The notes under the pieces are model-generated. The model searched no databases and was not told the origin of the DNA. It saw nothing but the letters and a program-made list of their open reading frames with translations. Shown here one piece after another: positions 24,991 to 38,891 of a stretch of 64,000 bases of DNA (position 1 is its first letter; every line of letters begins with the position of its first letter). This stretch comes from Eledone cirrhosa (lineage: Eukaryota), in contig OZ024742.1 of the NCBI GenBank assembly GCA_964016885.1, positions 104,284,001 through 104,348,000 on the forward strand. Reading direction: 5' to 3'. Both the position numbers and the translations under genes were made by a program.

Positions 24991-26291
24991 TACTTTGTTT
25001 TGTTTTATTTGTCATCCTTTGCCCTTTATATACTTCTACCTAATTGCACTGACTCTCTGAAACTTATCTGTTATTAATTATAAGTAATTTGAAAATGTGA
25101 GCTCCTCAAACTATTAGCTACAATGGTTGACTATTATAGTTTTTTTTGTTTTAGGGATGCTCACGTTTTCATTTTGTTTTAGGGATGCTCACAGCATTTG
25201 ATAATTCATAAGGTTTAATTTGAAAGCTGGGTGGAGAAGTGCCAGGTGATATTGTAAAAGGAAGCTGCAGTAGAGGAAGACTGAGATGGTTAAGAGTAGA
25301 TCTCAAAACACTGAACCTCGCAGAGGAGATGAAAGAGTGTTACAAAGGGAGGGAGGCTGTGCTGGAAAGGACCCATTCAACCTATGCAAACATGGAAAAG
25401 AGGACATAAAAATGAGGATAAAAATCATATTTAGTGGTCCATGAAGTTTTCATTTTTTTCTTATTTTGAGGAGCACCTTTTAGGAAAAGATTATGTATTA
25501 CTGTGTATATATACAAGCCTTAACATATGCCAAAACAACAGGAATTCTAAAAATTAGCAAATCCAGAAATGAGAAAGGTATTAAGCAAAATAACTGTAGT
25601 CAACACAAAAGTGAAACTATATTCTTATTGGCTGACCATGGCTACTATGGAGGTGGCACAAAAAACAATTTTGGTTAAGTAAACACTTAATAAGAACAAG
25701 AATGATGTCATATAACCAACTAAACAGAAGCAAACAAAAGGAAAAGAATATATTAAATAAACACAAAACAGCAGGGCAATAAATGAACCTAAAAGTGAGT
25801 GGGATTTGATGAATGTATGTAAGCAGTGAACGCCATAGTGGAACAACTGTCTAAATATACCTCCTGTGCAAAAGAGTTAGAATGCAAATGAGGTGTTTGA
25901 ATAAAATGTAAACTTTTAAATCATGGTTACGTTTCTGTTTACTTTGCCTCGCTCTGAGCTGGACTAACTTACTCAAACCTGCTGAAACTATAAAAAAAAC
26001 TATGTAGAAGGTGTGTGGTGAAAGAAGTAATAGTAGCAAATCTGTATGAAAGAGGAATATAAATAAAAATGGCAGTAACAGGTAAATGACACAGATCTGT
26101 AGTCTATAAATAAGAAACATTAACTTGAATAGAACCATTTCTATCTAAATAACTATAACCGGTTTATTAAACATTGAGGGAAAAATATTAATTAAAAAAA
26201 AATTTACAAAAACAATTCCCCATAAACAATTAGGAATCCATAAATAAATTCTTTAATAATTGTTGAATTTCGGTGACTATATATATATATA

Positions 26292-26391
26292 CAGGGTGTC
26301 CCCAAAATTGTATAAATATTGCAACAGCATTCTAATAAATATTGCCTGTACAGGTAATGAAAGTGTGTATACATTTTTGGAGGACACCCTC
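26292..26391. mobile_element. Tc1-type MITE
   Basis: ta-cagggtgtcc...ggacaccct TIRs within (TA)n; fragment also at about 4526-4560. Confidence 0.65.
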
Positions 26392-27667
26392 TGTGTGTAT
26401 GTATGTGTGTGTGTGTGTGTGTATATATATGTATGTATATATCATATGAGATCTTTTTTTTTTTAATAATCTCTGAAATTACAACTATGGAAAAAAGGTA
26501 TGACAGTAAGTTTATCCACATGTACATATGTTTATGTGTATGTGTATAATGTGATGTGTGTGTGTGTGTATATATATATACATATATATGATGCATTTAC
26601 AATGTGTTTATATGTGTGTAATGTGCTACATATTGATAGACAGGCAAAGGTAGCAGATGAGTTAGTAATTAACTTTGAAATCTGCCTGCACCAAATAATA
26701 TGGAAGTAGTTTACAGATAAAAAAAAATAATAAAAAAAAAAATAAAACAAAAAAAAAATCTAAAAGCAATTACTTTCAGTTAAGGAAGGTTTTCTTAAGT
26801 TTGCTCACATCCATCATGAGAAAACAAGCGTTGAGTGGAATATTATATTTCAACAGCCTGTAGAAATCAGACGGTGTAGATCAAGAGAGAAGAGGAGGTA
26901 GATGGGCCTAAATACTGCAAACAACTGATATACAGTACCCTTGTATTTTGTACATAAACATTCATCAACATGCATACAGCAATACAGGTTTATAAAATGA
27001 TATTCAATGAACACCATTATGTATTTTCATATATACACACACGTGTGTGTGTATATATGTATATCACCATCATCATCATTGTTTAGCATCCATTTTTCCA
27101 TACTTGCATGGAATAGACTGGTTGTCCACATTGGGAGACAAGTCTGGCCAGAGTTGGCTATGCCATACTTTGCTCCGACAAGCACAGTAAATTTGGCTGT
27201 GGATTTTATAGCTGGATGCCCTTCCTAACACCAACCACATTTACAGTGTGTGTATATATGTATATATATATTTATACATATATATGTCTCAGCTATTAGA
27301 ATAGATACACAGTATTCCTGTGTGCCGTAGGAAGTGACTAAAAGTGGTGGCACCAGGAAGGGCATCCTGCTGTAAAACATTGTCTCAACAATCCTGTCAG
27401 AACCCATGCCAGCATGAAAATGTGGATATAAAAATGATGATGATGATATATATATATATATATATATATAACTAGTAAAAGATTTCTCTCTGTATATGTA
27501 TGTGTGTGTGTGTATATACACACACACATATATATAGAGAGAAATCTTTTACTAGTTATAGTAATTAGACTGTGGCTTTGCTAAAGCACCGGCATCTCGG
27601 GAATAGTCAATTAAATTGACAGCAGAATGAAAAAGCAAAGTGAAGATATGTGGGCTTTAAACTTGGC

Positions 27668-27728
<61 letters not shown>

Positions 27729-29014
27729 AAGTTTATCTCAAGCTCAGAGCCTCATCATTAGGCTGGTGCTTATCCAGTTTTTATCAGCATTAAGTACCTT
27801 TGAATACAAGACTCCTCCTAGGAAAGGATGCCAGTCCATCGCAGAATTAACTCCCTTCCCAAACTGCTGCTGATACTCATTTATTTCAGCTGAGTGGACT
27901 GAAGCAGTGTGAAATGAAGTATTTTGCTTAAGAACAAAATGTAGCACTTGGTCCAAGGGTTGATAGTACATTCTACACCCTAACCATGGAGCCACATATA
28001 TATATATATATAGAATGAGATAATGAATAGAAGTACAAACTTCCATGGGAATCACCTTGTTCAAATAATAGCATCCAGTGCTTATATCAGTACCACCTTC
28101 AGTAATCAACAAAATTACTGAATAAACATACATACATACATACATTTTCACGCTCTTGAGAGTGGGGTGGTGGTGGTACATATATATATATGATGGATGT
28201 TAAACGATGATGATGATGATGATGATATATATATATATATAGAGAGAGATACAAGTGTATATGTGTTACGTGTGTGTATAGTGTGTATATATATATACAT
28301 ATATATATAATGTAGTGAAGGCGTGTGGCTGAGTGGTTAGAGAATTGGATTCGCAATCGTAAGGTTGTGAGTTCGATTCCTGGACCAGGCGATGCGTTAT
28401 GTCCTTGAGCAAGACACTTTATTTCACGTTGCTCCTTCTACCTGGAGTTGCGACCGATAGATAGTATTAGCAATTGGAAAGACCAACGGAAACATTGTTC
28501 CCTCGGTCCGATTTGACGAAAGTCGATCGTTCCTCATATATAATGTGTAAATGGATGTTAAAAGGTGATGATGATGACGATGATATATATATAGATATGA
28601 ACACTTGCAAGTGTAGGTATGTATATGTATGTATATATACATATATATACACAATTTGTATTATTTTGACTCTGCTTCCAATGAATTATATCGTTGAAAT
28701 TTTGTATTTTAAACTTTGCTTCACGACATCTTCTACATACGGATTACATTGAGTTCTTCATACGGCTTAGACCCTACATTAATTGGTGGATTTATCTGTG
28801 AGTATATATATATATATATGCATAATGTGTATATAGAATGATCACTTGCAAGTGCATGTACGCATGTGTATCAAAACATATATGTATATACATCAACCTA
28901 TATCAACACATAAGCACCAGCAGGGGTACAACGAGATAAACAAATGAATCAATCAAAATAGTACACAAGTTCACACCAACAGTACAACAGTGTGAGGGAC
29001 ATAATATCACTTAC

Positions 29015-29083
29015 CTTTAACAAGTCCATCAGCATCCCGGCTAAATACAAATTCAACTTTCCCATTGTCAGGAAATCTTGGAT
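29015..29083 (-). CDS. TNS: Tensin exon, end of C2 domain
   Basis: attAG|AT...AAG|GTAAGT, 69 nt, phase 1-1. (D)PRFPDNGKVEFVFSRDADGLVK matches tensin D.RFP..GKVEFVFS. Confidence 0.93.
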
Positions 29084-30044
29084 CTAATTGGAATACATAT
29101 TATGAAAATAATATATAAATAATATATATATATATGTGTGTGTGTGCGTATAATTTAAAAATATATATATATATATGTGTGCGTGTGTAATTTTTAAAAT
29201 AATATATATATATAATTTAATATAATATATATATATATCTGTATATCTATGTATATTAAATAAAAATATATCTATATCTATGTGTATTTATGTATGTAAA
29301 AGTCAACAGTTATAATAGTAAAGTTGTTGCTATATCAAAATATGGAAACCAATTTTTCCCCTTTTATTTTTTAACTATGAGAAGTTACATGAAATCAATT
29401 CAGCCTTGTTCTAGAGCTGATATATAAAATAGTGATACTAGTGTAATGAAAAGGTTGGCTGGCTGGCTAGTTGGTTTGTTGGTAGGTTGTCAGTCAGGGT
29501 AAAGAACTGGTGGGGTTTTATCTATGTCCCAAGTTGTTGTGGGTTGAAAAGATGAAGAAAAGTTGTGATTGTGAAGGGGTGAGGGAACATTTTTTTATTT
29601 TATTTTATGGGGGGGGGGGGTACATCAGTAGTGCATGGTGAGGTGGGTGGTAGCTTATGTGATGGTGGAGATGATGAAGAAGAAAGCAGAGATAAAGGGA
29701 GATAAATATAGAGAGATAAACTGGGGAGGAGAGGGGTTTATAGGAGTATTATTGCCTCCATACCACTACCCTCCCCCTCTTAGCAGCTAGTGATGTAGAA
29801 GTTTGTGTTTGTGCGTATATGTATGCACATGTGTGTGTGTATGTATGCACATGAGAGAGAGAGAGAGAGAGACTAGATAAGCAGCACTACATCAGTTTCA
29901 CCTAGATTTTACCAAACATCACCACCATTACCACCAATATTACAACCAATACTGTCACTACCATAACCACCACCATTACCACCAATACAGTCATCTCCAC
30001 CACCACCACCACTATTATCACCAATACTGCCATTACCACCAATA

Positions 30045-32020
30045 TTGCCACTACCACCACCACCAATACAGCCACCGCCACCACCACCACTATTAGCACC
30101 AATACAGCCACCGCCACCACTATTAGCACCAATACAGCCACCACCACCACTATTAGCACCAATACCACCACCACCACCACTATTAGCACCAATACAGCCA
30201 CCACCACCACTATTAGCACCAATACAGCCACCACCACCACTATTAGCACCAATACAGCCACCACCACCACTATTAGCACCAATACCACCACCACCACCAC
30301 TATTAGCACCAATACCACCACCACCACCACTATTAGCACCAATACCACCACCACCACCACTATTAGCACCAATACAGCCACCACCACCACTATTAGCACC
30401 AATACCACCACCACCACCACTATTAGCACCAATACAGCCACTACCACCACTATTAGCACCAATACAGCCACCACCACCACTATTAGCACCAATACCACCA
30501 CCACCACCACTATTAGCACCAATACCACCACCACCACCACTATTAGCACCAATACAGCCACCACCACTACCACCACTATTAGCACCAATACAGCCACCGC
30601 CACCACTATTAGCACCAATACCACCACCACCACCACTATTAGCACCAATACAGCCACCACCACCACCACCACTATTAGCACCAATACCACCACCACCACC
30701 ACTATTAGCACCAATACAGCCACCACCATCACTATTAGCACCAATACAGCCACCACCACCACCACCACTATTAGCACCAATACAGCCACCACCACTACCA
30801 CCACTATTAGCACCAATACCACCACCACCACCACTATTAGCACCAATACAGCCATCACCACCACCACCACTATTAGCACCAATACAGCCACCACCACTAC
30901 CACCACTATTAGCACCAATACCACCACCACCACCACTATTAGCACCAATACCACCACCACCACCACTATTAGCACCAATACAGCCACCGCCACCACCACC
31001 ACTATTAGCACCAATACAGCCACCGCCACCACTATTAGCACCAATACCACCACCACCACCACTATTAGCACCAATACAGCCACCACCACTACCACCACTA
31101 TTAGCACCAATACCACCACCACCACCACTATTAGCACCAATACAGCCACCACCATCACTATTAGCACCAATACAGCCACCACCACCACCACCACTATTAG
31201 CACCAATACAGCCACCACCACTACCACCACTATTAGCACCAATACCACCACCACCACCACTATTAGCACCAATACAGCCACTACCACCACTATTAGCACC
31301 AATACAGCCACCGCCACCACTATTAGCACCAATACCACCACCACCACCACTATTAGCACCAATACAGCCACCACCACTACCACCACTATTAGCACCAATA
31401 CAGCCACCGCCACCACTATTAGCACCAATACCACCACTATTAGCACCAATACAGCCACCACCACTACCACCACTATTAGCACCAATACAGCCACCGCCAC
31501 CACTATTAGCACCAATACCACCACCACCACCACTATTAGCACCAATACAGCCACCACCACTACCACCACTATTAGCACCAATACAGCCACCACCACCACT
31601 ATTAGCACCAATACAGCCATCACCACCACCACCACTATTAGCACCAATACAGCCACCACCACCACCACCACCACTATTAGCACCAATACAACCACCACCA
31701 CCACCACTATTAGCACCAATACAGCCACTGCCACCACCACCACCACCACTATTAGCACCAATACAGCCACTGCCACCACCACCACCACCACTATTAGCAC
31801 CAATACAGCCACCACCACCACCACCACTACTATTAGCACCAATACAGCCACCACCACCACCACTATTAGCACCAATACAGCCACTGCCACCACCACCACC
31901 ACCACTATTAGCACCAATACAGCCACCACCACCACCACCACTACTATTAGCACCAATACAGCCACCACCACCACCACTATTAGCACCAATAGTCACCACC
32001 ACCACTATTAGCACCAATTC
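30045..32020. repeat. (CCA)n-derived minisatellite, core unit about 30 bp CCACTATTAGCACCAATAC(AG/CA)CCACCACCA, roughly 60 copies
   Basis: Direct reading. Unit length varies only by whole triplets, producing the three ORFs of about 700 aa. Confidence 0.95.
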
Positions 32021-33622
32021 TGCCACCAACCCCCCATCACCACCAATACCACCACCACTACAACTATCCCAAGTTACCTTTACTGCTCAAAGAAAGAGTC
32101 ATACAAATATAAACCAGAGGATAAACATGGGAGGTGATAGGGTGTAGGGGAACCACTGCATATGTGAGTGTGTGAGTGTGTAAGTGTGTGTGTGTGTGTG
32201 AAGGTGAATGGATGGGAAAGAGGAGGGATAGAAAAGATGGAAGGGGTGTGGAGGAGAGAGATTGGACTTGATGTTTCTATCAGAAAAGTACTGGACTGGA
32301 TAGAGATAGGATGTTTGAGTTGAGAGAGAATCAAAGAGAGGGATATATATATATGGAGAGAGAGAGAGAGATAGTGAGTGTTCTTGGGGGGGACACGTGT
32401 GTGTGTGAGTGTGTGTGGAAGTGTATGTTATGTGTGTATGTGTATATATACACTCACACACACATATATATATAAAGAGACAGAAATGGGATGTGGATAT
32501 ATATATATTTCTATATAGAAAGATAAAGAGGAGATGAAAGAGAGAAGGGGTATGAAATAGATAGGAAGAGTAAGAGAGCAAGGTCAGGACTGGTAGGTCA
32601 GCAGGAGTGTCTGTGTGTACATGGAGGGGTGGGGGAGGGAGGACAGTATAGGTAGATAATAAATAAAGCTTCTGTTGGGTAGGGATGTGGAGAGGTGTAT
32701 GCAGGAGAGATGTGTTTATATTCGTGGTGCATGTGTATGTAAGGGGTGTGTTGATAGTAAATATATTTGTGTTGGGTAGACATGTGGAAGATGAGAGGTC
32801 AGAACTAGAAGAAATAGCAAAAGAAGCAAAAGTTCCAAGTTTGAGCAGATGCAAAGAACAAGTAAGGAAACCTGTTCACAGTTACATCAATGGAATGTTC
32901 TAGAAACATCTGTAGACAACAACAACAAACACACACACACACACACACATCTTAAGGCCAACCTTTATAGATGTAGATATGTGCCTATGTGTATATATGT
33001 GTGTGTAAGAGAGTGAGAGAGAGAGAGTGTATGTGTGTATATATATATATGTGTGTGTGAGAGAAGGTATATGTGTGTATTCAACCCATGCCATCATGGA
33101 AGACAGACATAAAATGATAATGATGATGATAACAACAGCAAGGATTTTAAGGTCATTTTCTCAGCTAAAGCAGGGGTTAATAATCCTTGCAAGGCTCCAT
33201 AACGAGCTTTTATTCATTTTGCTATCATCTACATCCCTGAGCTTTCATTTCTCCCTCTTCTTCCTTCTGTATTTGTTTCCATCCTCACTCTCATCCATTC
33301 ACTTCCATCCTTCCTCCACACATGACTCAGCCATCTCATTCCATTTCTCTCCACACTATTCATCATTGGCTCTATTCCAATCATCCTCTACAATTAACAG
33401 TTTGTCTTCCATACTCATGTGTAATCAAGAGAAATTTGGCTGACATTTCTAGCAAGTCAAGTGACAATATAGAAGCTCCATTGTTAGCTCATAATGATTA
33501 AGATGTAGATAATTCTAGTGATAAAAACAAGAAGAATGGTGGGAGACAAAAGGGAGCGGTAAATAGGATTTAACTGTGAAAAGAAGAGAGTGTGGATAAT
33601 ATGAGCTCTGAGCAGTGAATCT

Positions 33623-33653
<31 letters not shown>

Positions 33654-33654
<1 letters not shown>

Positions 33655-34745
33655 GCTTAAAATGGAGTGGGAATAAGAAGAAAGCAAGAAGGGGGGGGGG
33701 GGGGGTCCTCATCAGTTGTCTACTGGGGGTCTCGGATATTTCTACGTTTTAAAGACAATATATCCACCGCCCAGAGCGTCAATAACTGGATAAGTTATTG
33801 GGAAAACGGAGGAGGGAGGGAAGGAAAACAAAAGGGAAGAAAAGAGAAAACAGTGAAAAAACCGAAAAAAAAACCAACAAACCGAGCAATGTGCGAGCAA
33901 CTTTAGGTAAGAAAATCCAAGACCACACGATGAGAGAACTTAAGTTCAAGACTGTGTGGTCGAGAGAAAAATGACACACGTCTGACCCCGGCAGTTGTGA
34001 GAAAAGGACTACTAGAGGGTCAGACGAGGGAATGAAAGTGAAAGGGAGAAGAAGAAAGTGGAGTAAGAGTAGATAGTAATGAAATGGTTAGGTAGAAGAG
34101 AGAAGACTGGTCAAAGCGAAAACATGATAAAATGTATGGAGAATAGAAATGGCTGTGTAGTTGCTATTTAAGGTAGCTTAAAATGGAGTGGGAATAAGAA
34201 GAAAGCAAGAATGGGGGGAGTTTTCCTCATCAGTTGTCTACTGGGGGTCTCGGATATTTCTACACTTTAAAGACAATATATCTACTGCCCAGAGCGTCAA
34301 TAACTGGATAAGTTATTGGGAAAACGGAGGAGGGAGGGAGGGAAAGAAAACAAAAGGGAAGAAAAGAGAAAACTGAAAAAAAACAACAAACCGAGCAATG
34401 TGCGCGACCAGACAGTCTTGAACTTAAGTTCTCTCATCGTGTGGTCTTGGATTTTCTTACCTTAAGTTGCTCGCACATTGCTCAGTTTGTTATTTTTTTT
34501 CGCTATTTTTTTTTCAGTTTTCTCTTTTCTTCCCTTTTGTTTTCTTTCCCTCCCTCCTCCGTTTTCCCAATAACTTATCCAGTTATTGACGCTCTAGGCG
34601 GTAGATATATTGCCTTTAAAGCGTAGAATATCCGAGACCCCCAGTAGACAACTTATGAGGAAACCCCCCCCCCCCCCATTCTTGCTTTCTTCTTATTCTC
34701 ACTCCAAAGTTACTTTAAATAGCAACTACACAGCCATTTCTATTT
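33654..34745. repeat. 521-bp-period partial tandem duplication followed by an inverted copy
   Basis: 33654-33897 recurs at 34175-34404; 34405-34745 is the reverse complement of the same unit. Confidence 0.9.
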
Positions 34746-37198
34746 TCTCTCTCTCTCTCTCTATATATATATATAGAGAGAGAGAGATAAAGAGGGGAGA
34801 GTGAGAGAGATAGAGAGAGAATGGGAGCAAAGAGGAAAGCTAAATCGTGGAAAAAGTTTTTCATTAATACATCCTCTTAACTTATAACATCCTGCTATGA
34901 TTTAGTAGAAAATAACTAAATATGGGTTTGTTAATTCAAATATTTACAGTATCTTTGTTGTGAGAATTGACAATAAACTTAAGTAATGACTTCAATATCT
35001 AATATGATAACAGTTTTTTACTTTTTAAGAATATCTTGCAAATGCAATTTCATGTGGCACAAGATGTTAAGAGTTAAACACATGATCTAAAAGACTGTAA
35101 ATACTTCATATTGGGCCTTGTTGTTCCTAGCTATGATAAATTCTTGGGCAGAAGAGAATGGCAAAACCAGTAAACTAAACAAGTATAATCTTTTGGTTGC
35201 ACATGAGGCCATCTTCAGAACGGTTCAATTATCAGTAATTTATAAATAATGCCTAAAGAACTTACAAAAGCACCTCTGGTTCTGAGACAAAAAGCACCTA
35301 TTTTAAACAGTTTCTATTCAACCCTTTAGCATTTAAACTGGCCATAGCCAGCCAGAATTCTCTCACCTTTTTCTGTTCAAACCGGCTGTAACCAGTCGCT
35401 CATACTGATGTTAAGGTATTGTTCTCAAAATAAATAATATCAAAATCTCAAAGATTCGATATTATGTGAGGTAAAGCCTTTACCATGAAAATATAAAGAG
35501 TAATGTAAATGCTAAAGGGTTAATAGCAATCAAAGAACACCTCATACTTTCTGGTCAAGAGGACATTTACCAAAATGCCTAATAATATTTAGTTATGGTT
35601 CTTTACTTTCCAAGTTCAAATCCCACTGAGGTCAACTTTACTTTTCATTCTTCCAGGGTTAATGACGTAAAGTACCAGTCAAGTACCACTGACATAATCA
35701 ACTTTCACCTTCCCCTAAAATTGCTGGCCTTGAGCTTAAATTAGAAACCATACCCACTAATCAAGTATTCCACCTTTTACATTAAGCTATTATGAATTAT
35801 TTTTCATCTACTTGATATTCAGTCCTTTGTGTTTTTATCAAATATTTCTTGTCCTAATCTTGCAGTTACACATCATCATTGTTTTATGTCCCCCATTTAT
35901 GTTGGCATGGGTTGGACGAGTTGTCATGGTTGTAATAAATCAAACAATCTTTAGGAAGCTAACATTCTTCAGAACAGAATTTATTGTAATATAACACAAA
36001 CAGTGAGATCATAATTTTTCAAACTATTCACTACATCTTTACAGATGAAAAATGTTTATTATTAAACTCTAAGCAAGACATGGTACTGACCTGTCTAGCC
36101 TCAGAATTCAACACTTATCTAACCCATGCAAGTATGGGAAATAGGTGTGATGTGATGATGATGCTATGTCTTGATCGGTTTGATCTCTGACCATCATTAC
36201 CAGGTGTCTCTTTACTTACCAGACTTGTGCATATTACCAGACAGCTACATATTACCTGACTGGAAAGGCAGCTAGTTCAGCAATAAAGGTACCCACATTG
36301 AATTCAATCATGTATTAAGTATACATCATCAACATCATAATTTAACATGCTAGCAAGGGTGGGGCAGGTTATCACAGAACAAGTCCATATTTAATTAGAG
36401 CTGGAGGACCCATTCTCACATATGATCCTGCACTCTATGGACAGCAATGGGTGCATGTAATCATGGCACCACAACCCCTTTTTTAGCATGACTTCTCCAA
36501 CTGGATGCCCTTCCTATTACCAACCAACTTTCACGGTGCACTGGGTGCATTTTTTAATTACCACCACCAAAGAGGTTGTCATGTTGCGACTGAAGGGTCC
36601 TCTCAACCCTTTCTGGCATGGTTTCTATGGATGGAATCTCATTAACCTTTTCTTTTTTTGCCCACTTATTCCTGAGCACAGAGTCATCAGTCATGCCTTC
36701 AAGATGATCCTATCAGAAGCAACTGGGCCCAAATGATCCAACTGGATCCCCAAGACTAACCAGAGCTTATTAAGAACATCTAAGGTATTTGAAGACAATA
36801 TATTTTCCACATGAAACACAATGCATTCATTACATCAGATATAACACGTTTATTACATTTTCTCCACACTCTAGAAAGCACTCATGATAAAACTGACCTC
36901 CAAAGAAGCAGGCCAACACTTTTTCTTTCAAATTTCTTTCTCACAAGGCTGCTTCTTTTTAAAACAACATACCAGCATATATGTTCACTCTATCTATGAG
37001 GATATTAGTAATATAGAATTGTGGTCTGAGCTACACAATACCACCAACCAGGTGCCACTAAACATTAGAAGTAAGCTGCTGGGCAGCTACCTATGGGACA
37101 CTATTTCTGCTGTCTCTATGAGTTCTGGTTATGGTTGACATAGTATATTTATAACCACAAGAAAGGCATCACACAGAGAAAAAGAGAGGGGGGAGACG

Positions 37199-37256
<58 letters not shown>

Positions 37257-37747
37257 AAGGGTGTGAGAAAGAGATTGCTGTTGTACAGATGACTATGTGA
37301 GAGATCATACAAGTGAAAAGGACATAAGAAAAATGAGAGAAAGAGTAATGTGACAGAGATAAATATACACACGCCCACACTATCCCACATACACACACCC
37401 ACATACACAGAAGAGAAAAAGAGAGGGGGCAGGAATGGAGAAATAGGAAGTTAATATAAATGAATGTATAAAGCAGTACTCCAGCATGGTCTTATGTGTA
37501 ACAGACTAAAATAAAGAATATATATCATTATCAGCATCATTTAATGTTTATTTTCCCAGCTAGCAAGTGTTGCATATATATTTATATGAATTCCAGTTTT
37601 TAGAGTAGGTACACCATATCCCTGCATCTCACATGAGGTGACTAAAAGAGTGGCAGTCAGAAAAGGAATCCTGCTGAAAAACACTGCTTCAAAAAGTCTT
37701 GTTGAGCAAACCATGCCAGTACAGAAATGGGAATATGCGTGTTATAT

Positions 37748-38068
37748 ATCATCATCATCATTTTACGTCCACTTTTCCCTGCTTGCAAGGGTGGGGCGGA
37801 AACTGATTCTGGCTTGATGCCCTTCCTAACACCAACCTCATTTACAGTGAGTGCTGGGTGCTTTTTGGCGTGGCACCTCCACGGCCACTTTGCAGTGGAG
37901 TGATATGGACCCCAGTCCCTATCATCTCATTTCTACGGCTGAGTAAACTGGAGCAATGTGAAATAAAGTGTCTTGCTCAAGGAAACAACACATCACCCGG
38001 TCTGAGAATTGAACTCACAACCTTTTGATTGCAAGGCCAATGCTCTAACCACTAAGCCATGTGCCTCC
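37748..38068 (-). mobile_element. Full SINE, sister copy of 18409-18738
   Basis: Shares ttttacgtcc.cttttccctgcttgcaagggtggg...ctaaccactaagccatgtgcct. Confidence 0.8.
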
Positions 38069-38083
38069 ATATATATATATATA

Positions 38084-38192
38084 TATTCTGAGGATTTGAT
38101 CAGAGGTAAACAATGTATTGGAGATCGAGTGACGCAACTTTGAGTGATTAGTGGCCTCTAGACTCACCTGATCAATGAAACAATTGTTAATA
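38084..38192 (+). ncRNA. Hammerhead motif with extended stem II loop
   Basis: UAUU-CUGAGGA-U-UUGAUCAG..(about 60 nt)..CUGAUCAA-U-GAAA-C(AAUU)GU-U-AAUA. Same ACAAUUGU stem III as the 53 kb copy. Confidence 0.5.
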
Positions 38193-38460
38193 CTTTAAAT
38201 AAAACCCCTTGTTGTACAGCCGACCATGTTACTCTTCAATCTTTCACTATATATATATAGAATTAGTACATCTACCAACATATGCGTACAGATGTACACT
38301 AATGCTAGCAAATATATAAGTTATGTCAAAGTACCTAGGTGGTTCTATGCAGGGGGATGCAGAACAATTATATGAAAGACGTAAAATAAGAAAATTTTAA
38401 AAATTAAAAATTTAGTAAGTAAGTTAATTTTAAAAATTAAACATTTTCTTATTTTACGTC

Positions 38461-38516
<56 letters not shown>

Positions 38517-38840
38517 CCAGAAACAGTCCTATATGAGCAAGACATGGCCACCAGGCCCAACTTGCCTCTAATGGGACAACCCGCCTAACCCAAGTTAGTG
38601 TGGAAAATGGACGTTAAATGATGACGACGATGACGATATATATACATGCCGTATTTGATGGCTTATAAGACATGCCTCCATTTGCAGTTTAATTTAAGGG
38701 CCACTGCAGCACTAGAATTCCACTAGACAGTAACCCAAACTGACCTTATAAGACAAAGAGTGATTTTCTAGGACATTTTTTTTGAAAAAAATGTACATCT
38801 TGTAACCCACAAATACAGTATATATATATATATATATATA

Positions 38841-38891
<51 letters not shown>

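Noticed and set aside
26809-26914. Coding cassette exon (tgcAG ... GAT|GTGAGC)
   Set aside because: 106 nt with stops in all three frames; no support as coding sequence.
28318-28390. tRNA gene (also at 23693 and other A/B-box sites)
   Set aside because: Continues into a SINE body and I could not see a complete cloverleaf; these are tRNA-derived SINE heads.
29902-32147. Extensin/formin-like Pro-rich or Gly-rich structural protein gene
   Set aside because: No ATG start, signal peptide or splice context. Three frames are open because the unit lacks stops. Kept only as a repeat finding.
33700-33745. Hammerhead at minus-strand CUGAUGAG in the 521-bp unit (also about 34227)
   Set aside because: No stem II followed by GAAA and stem III could be built.
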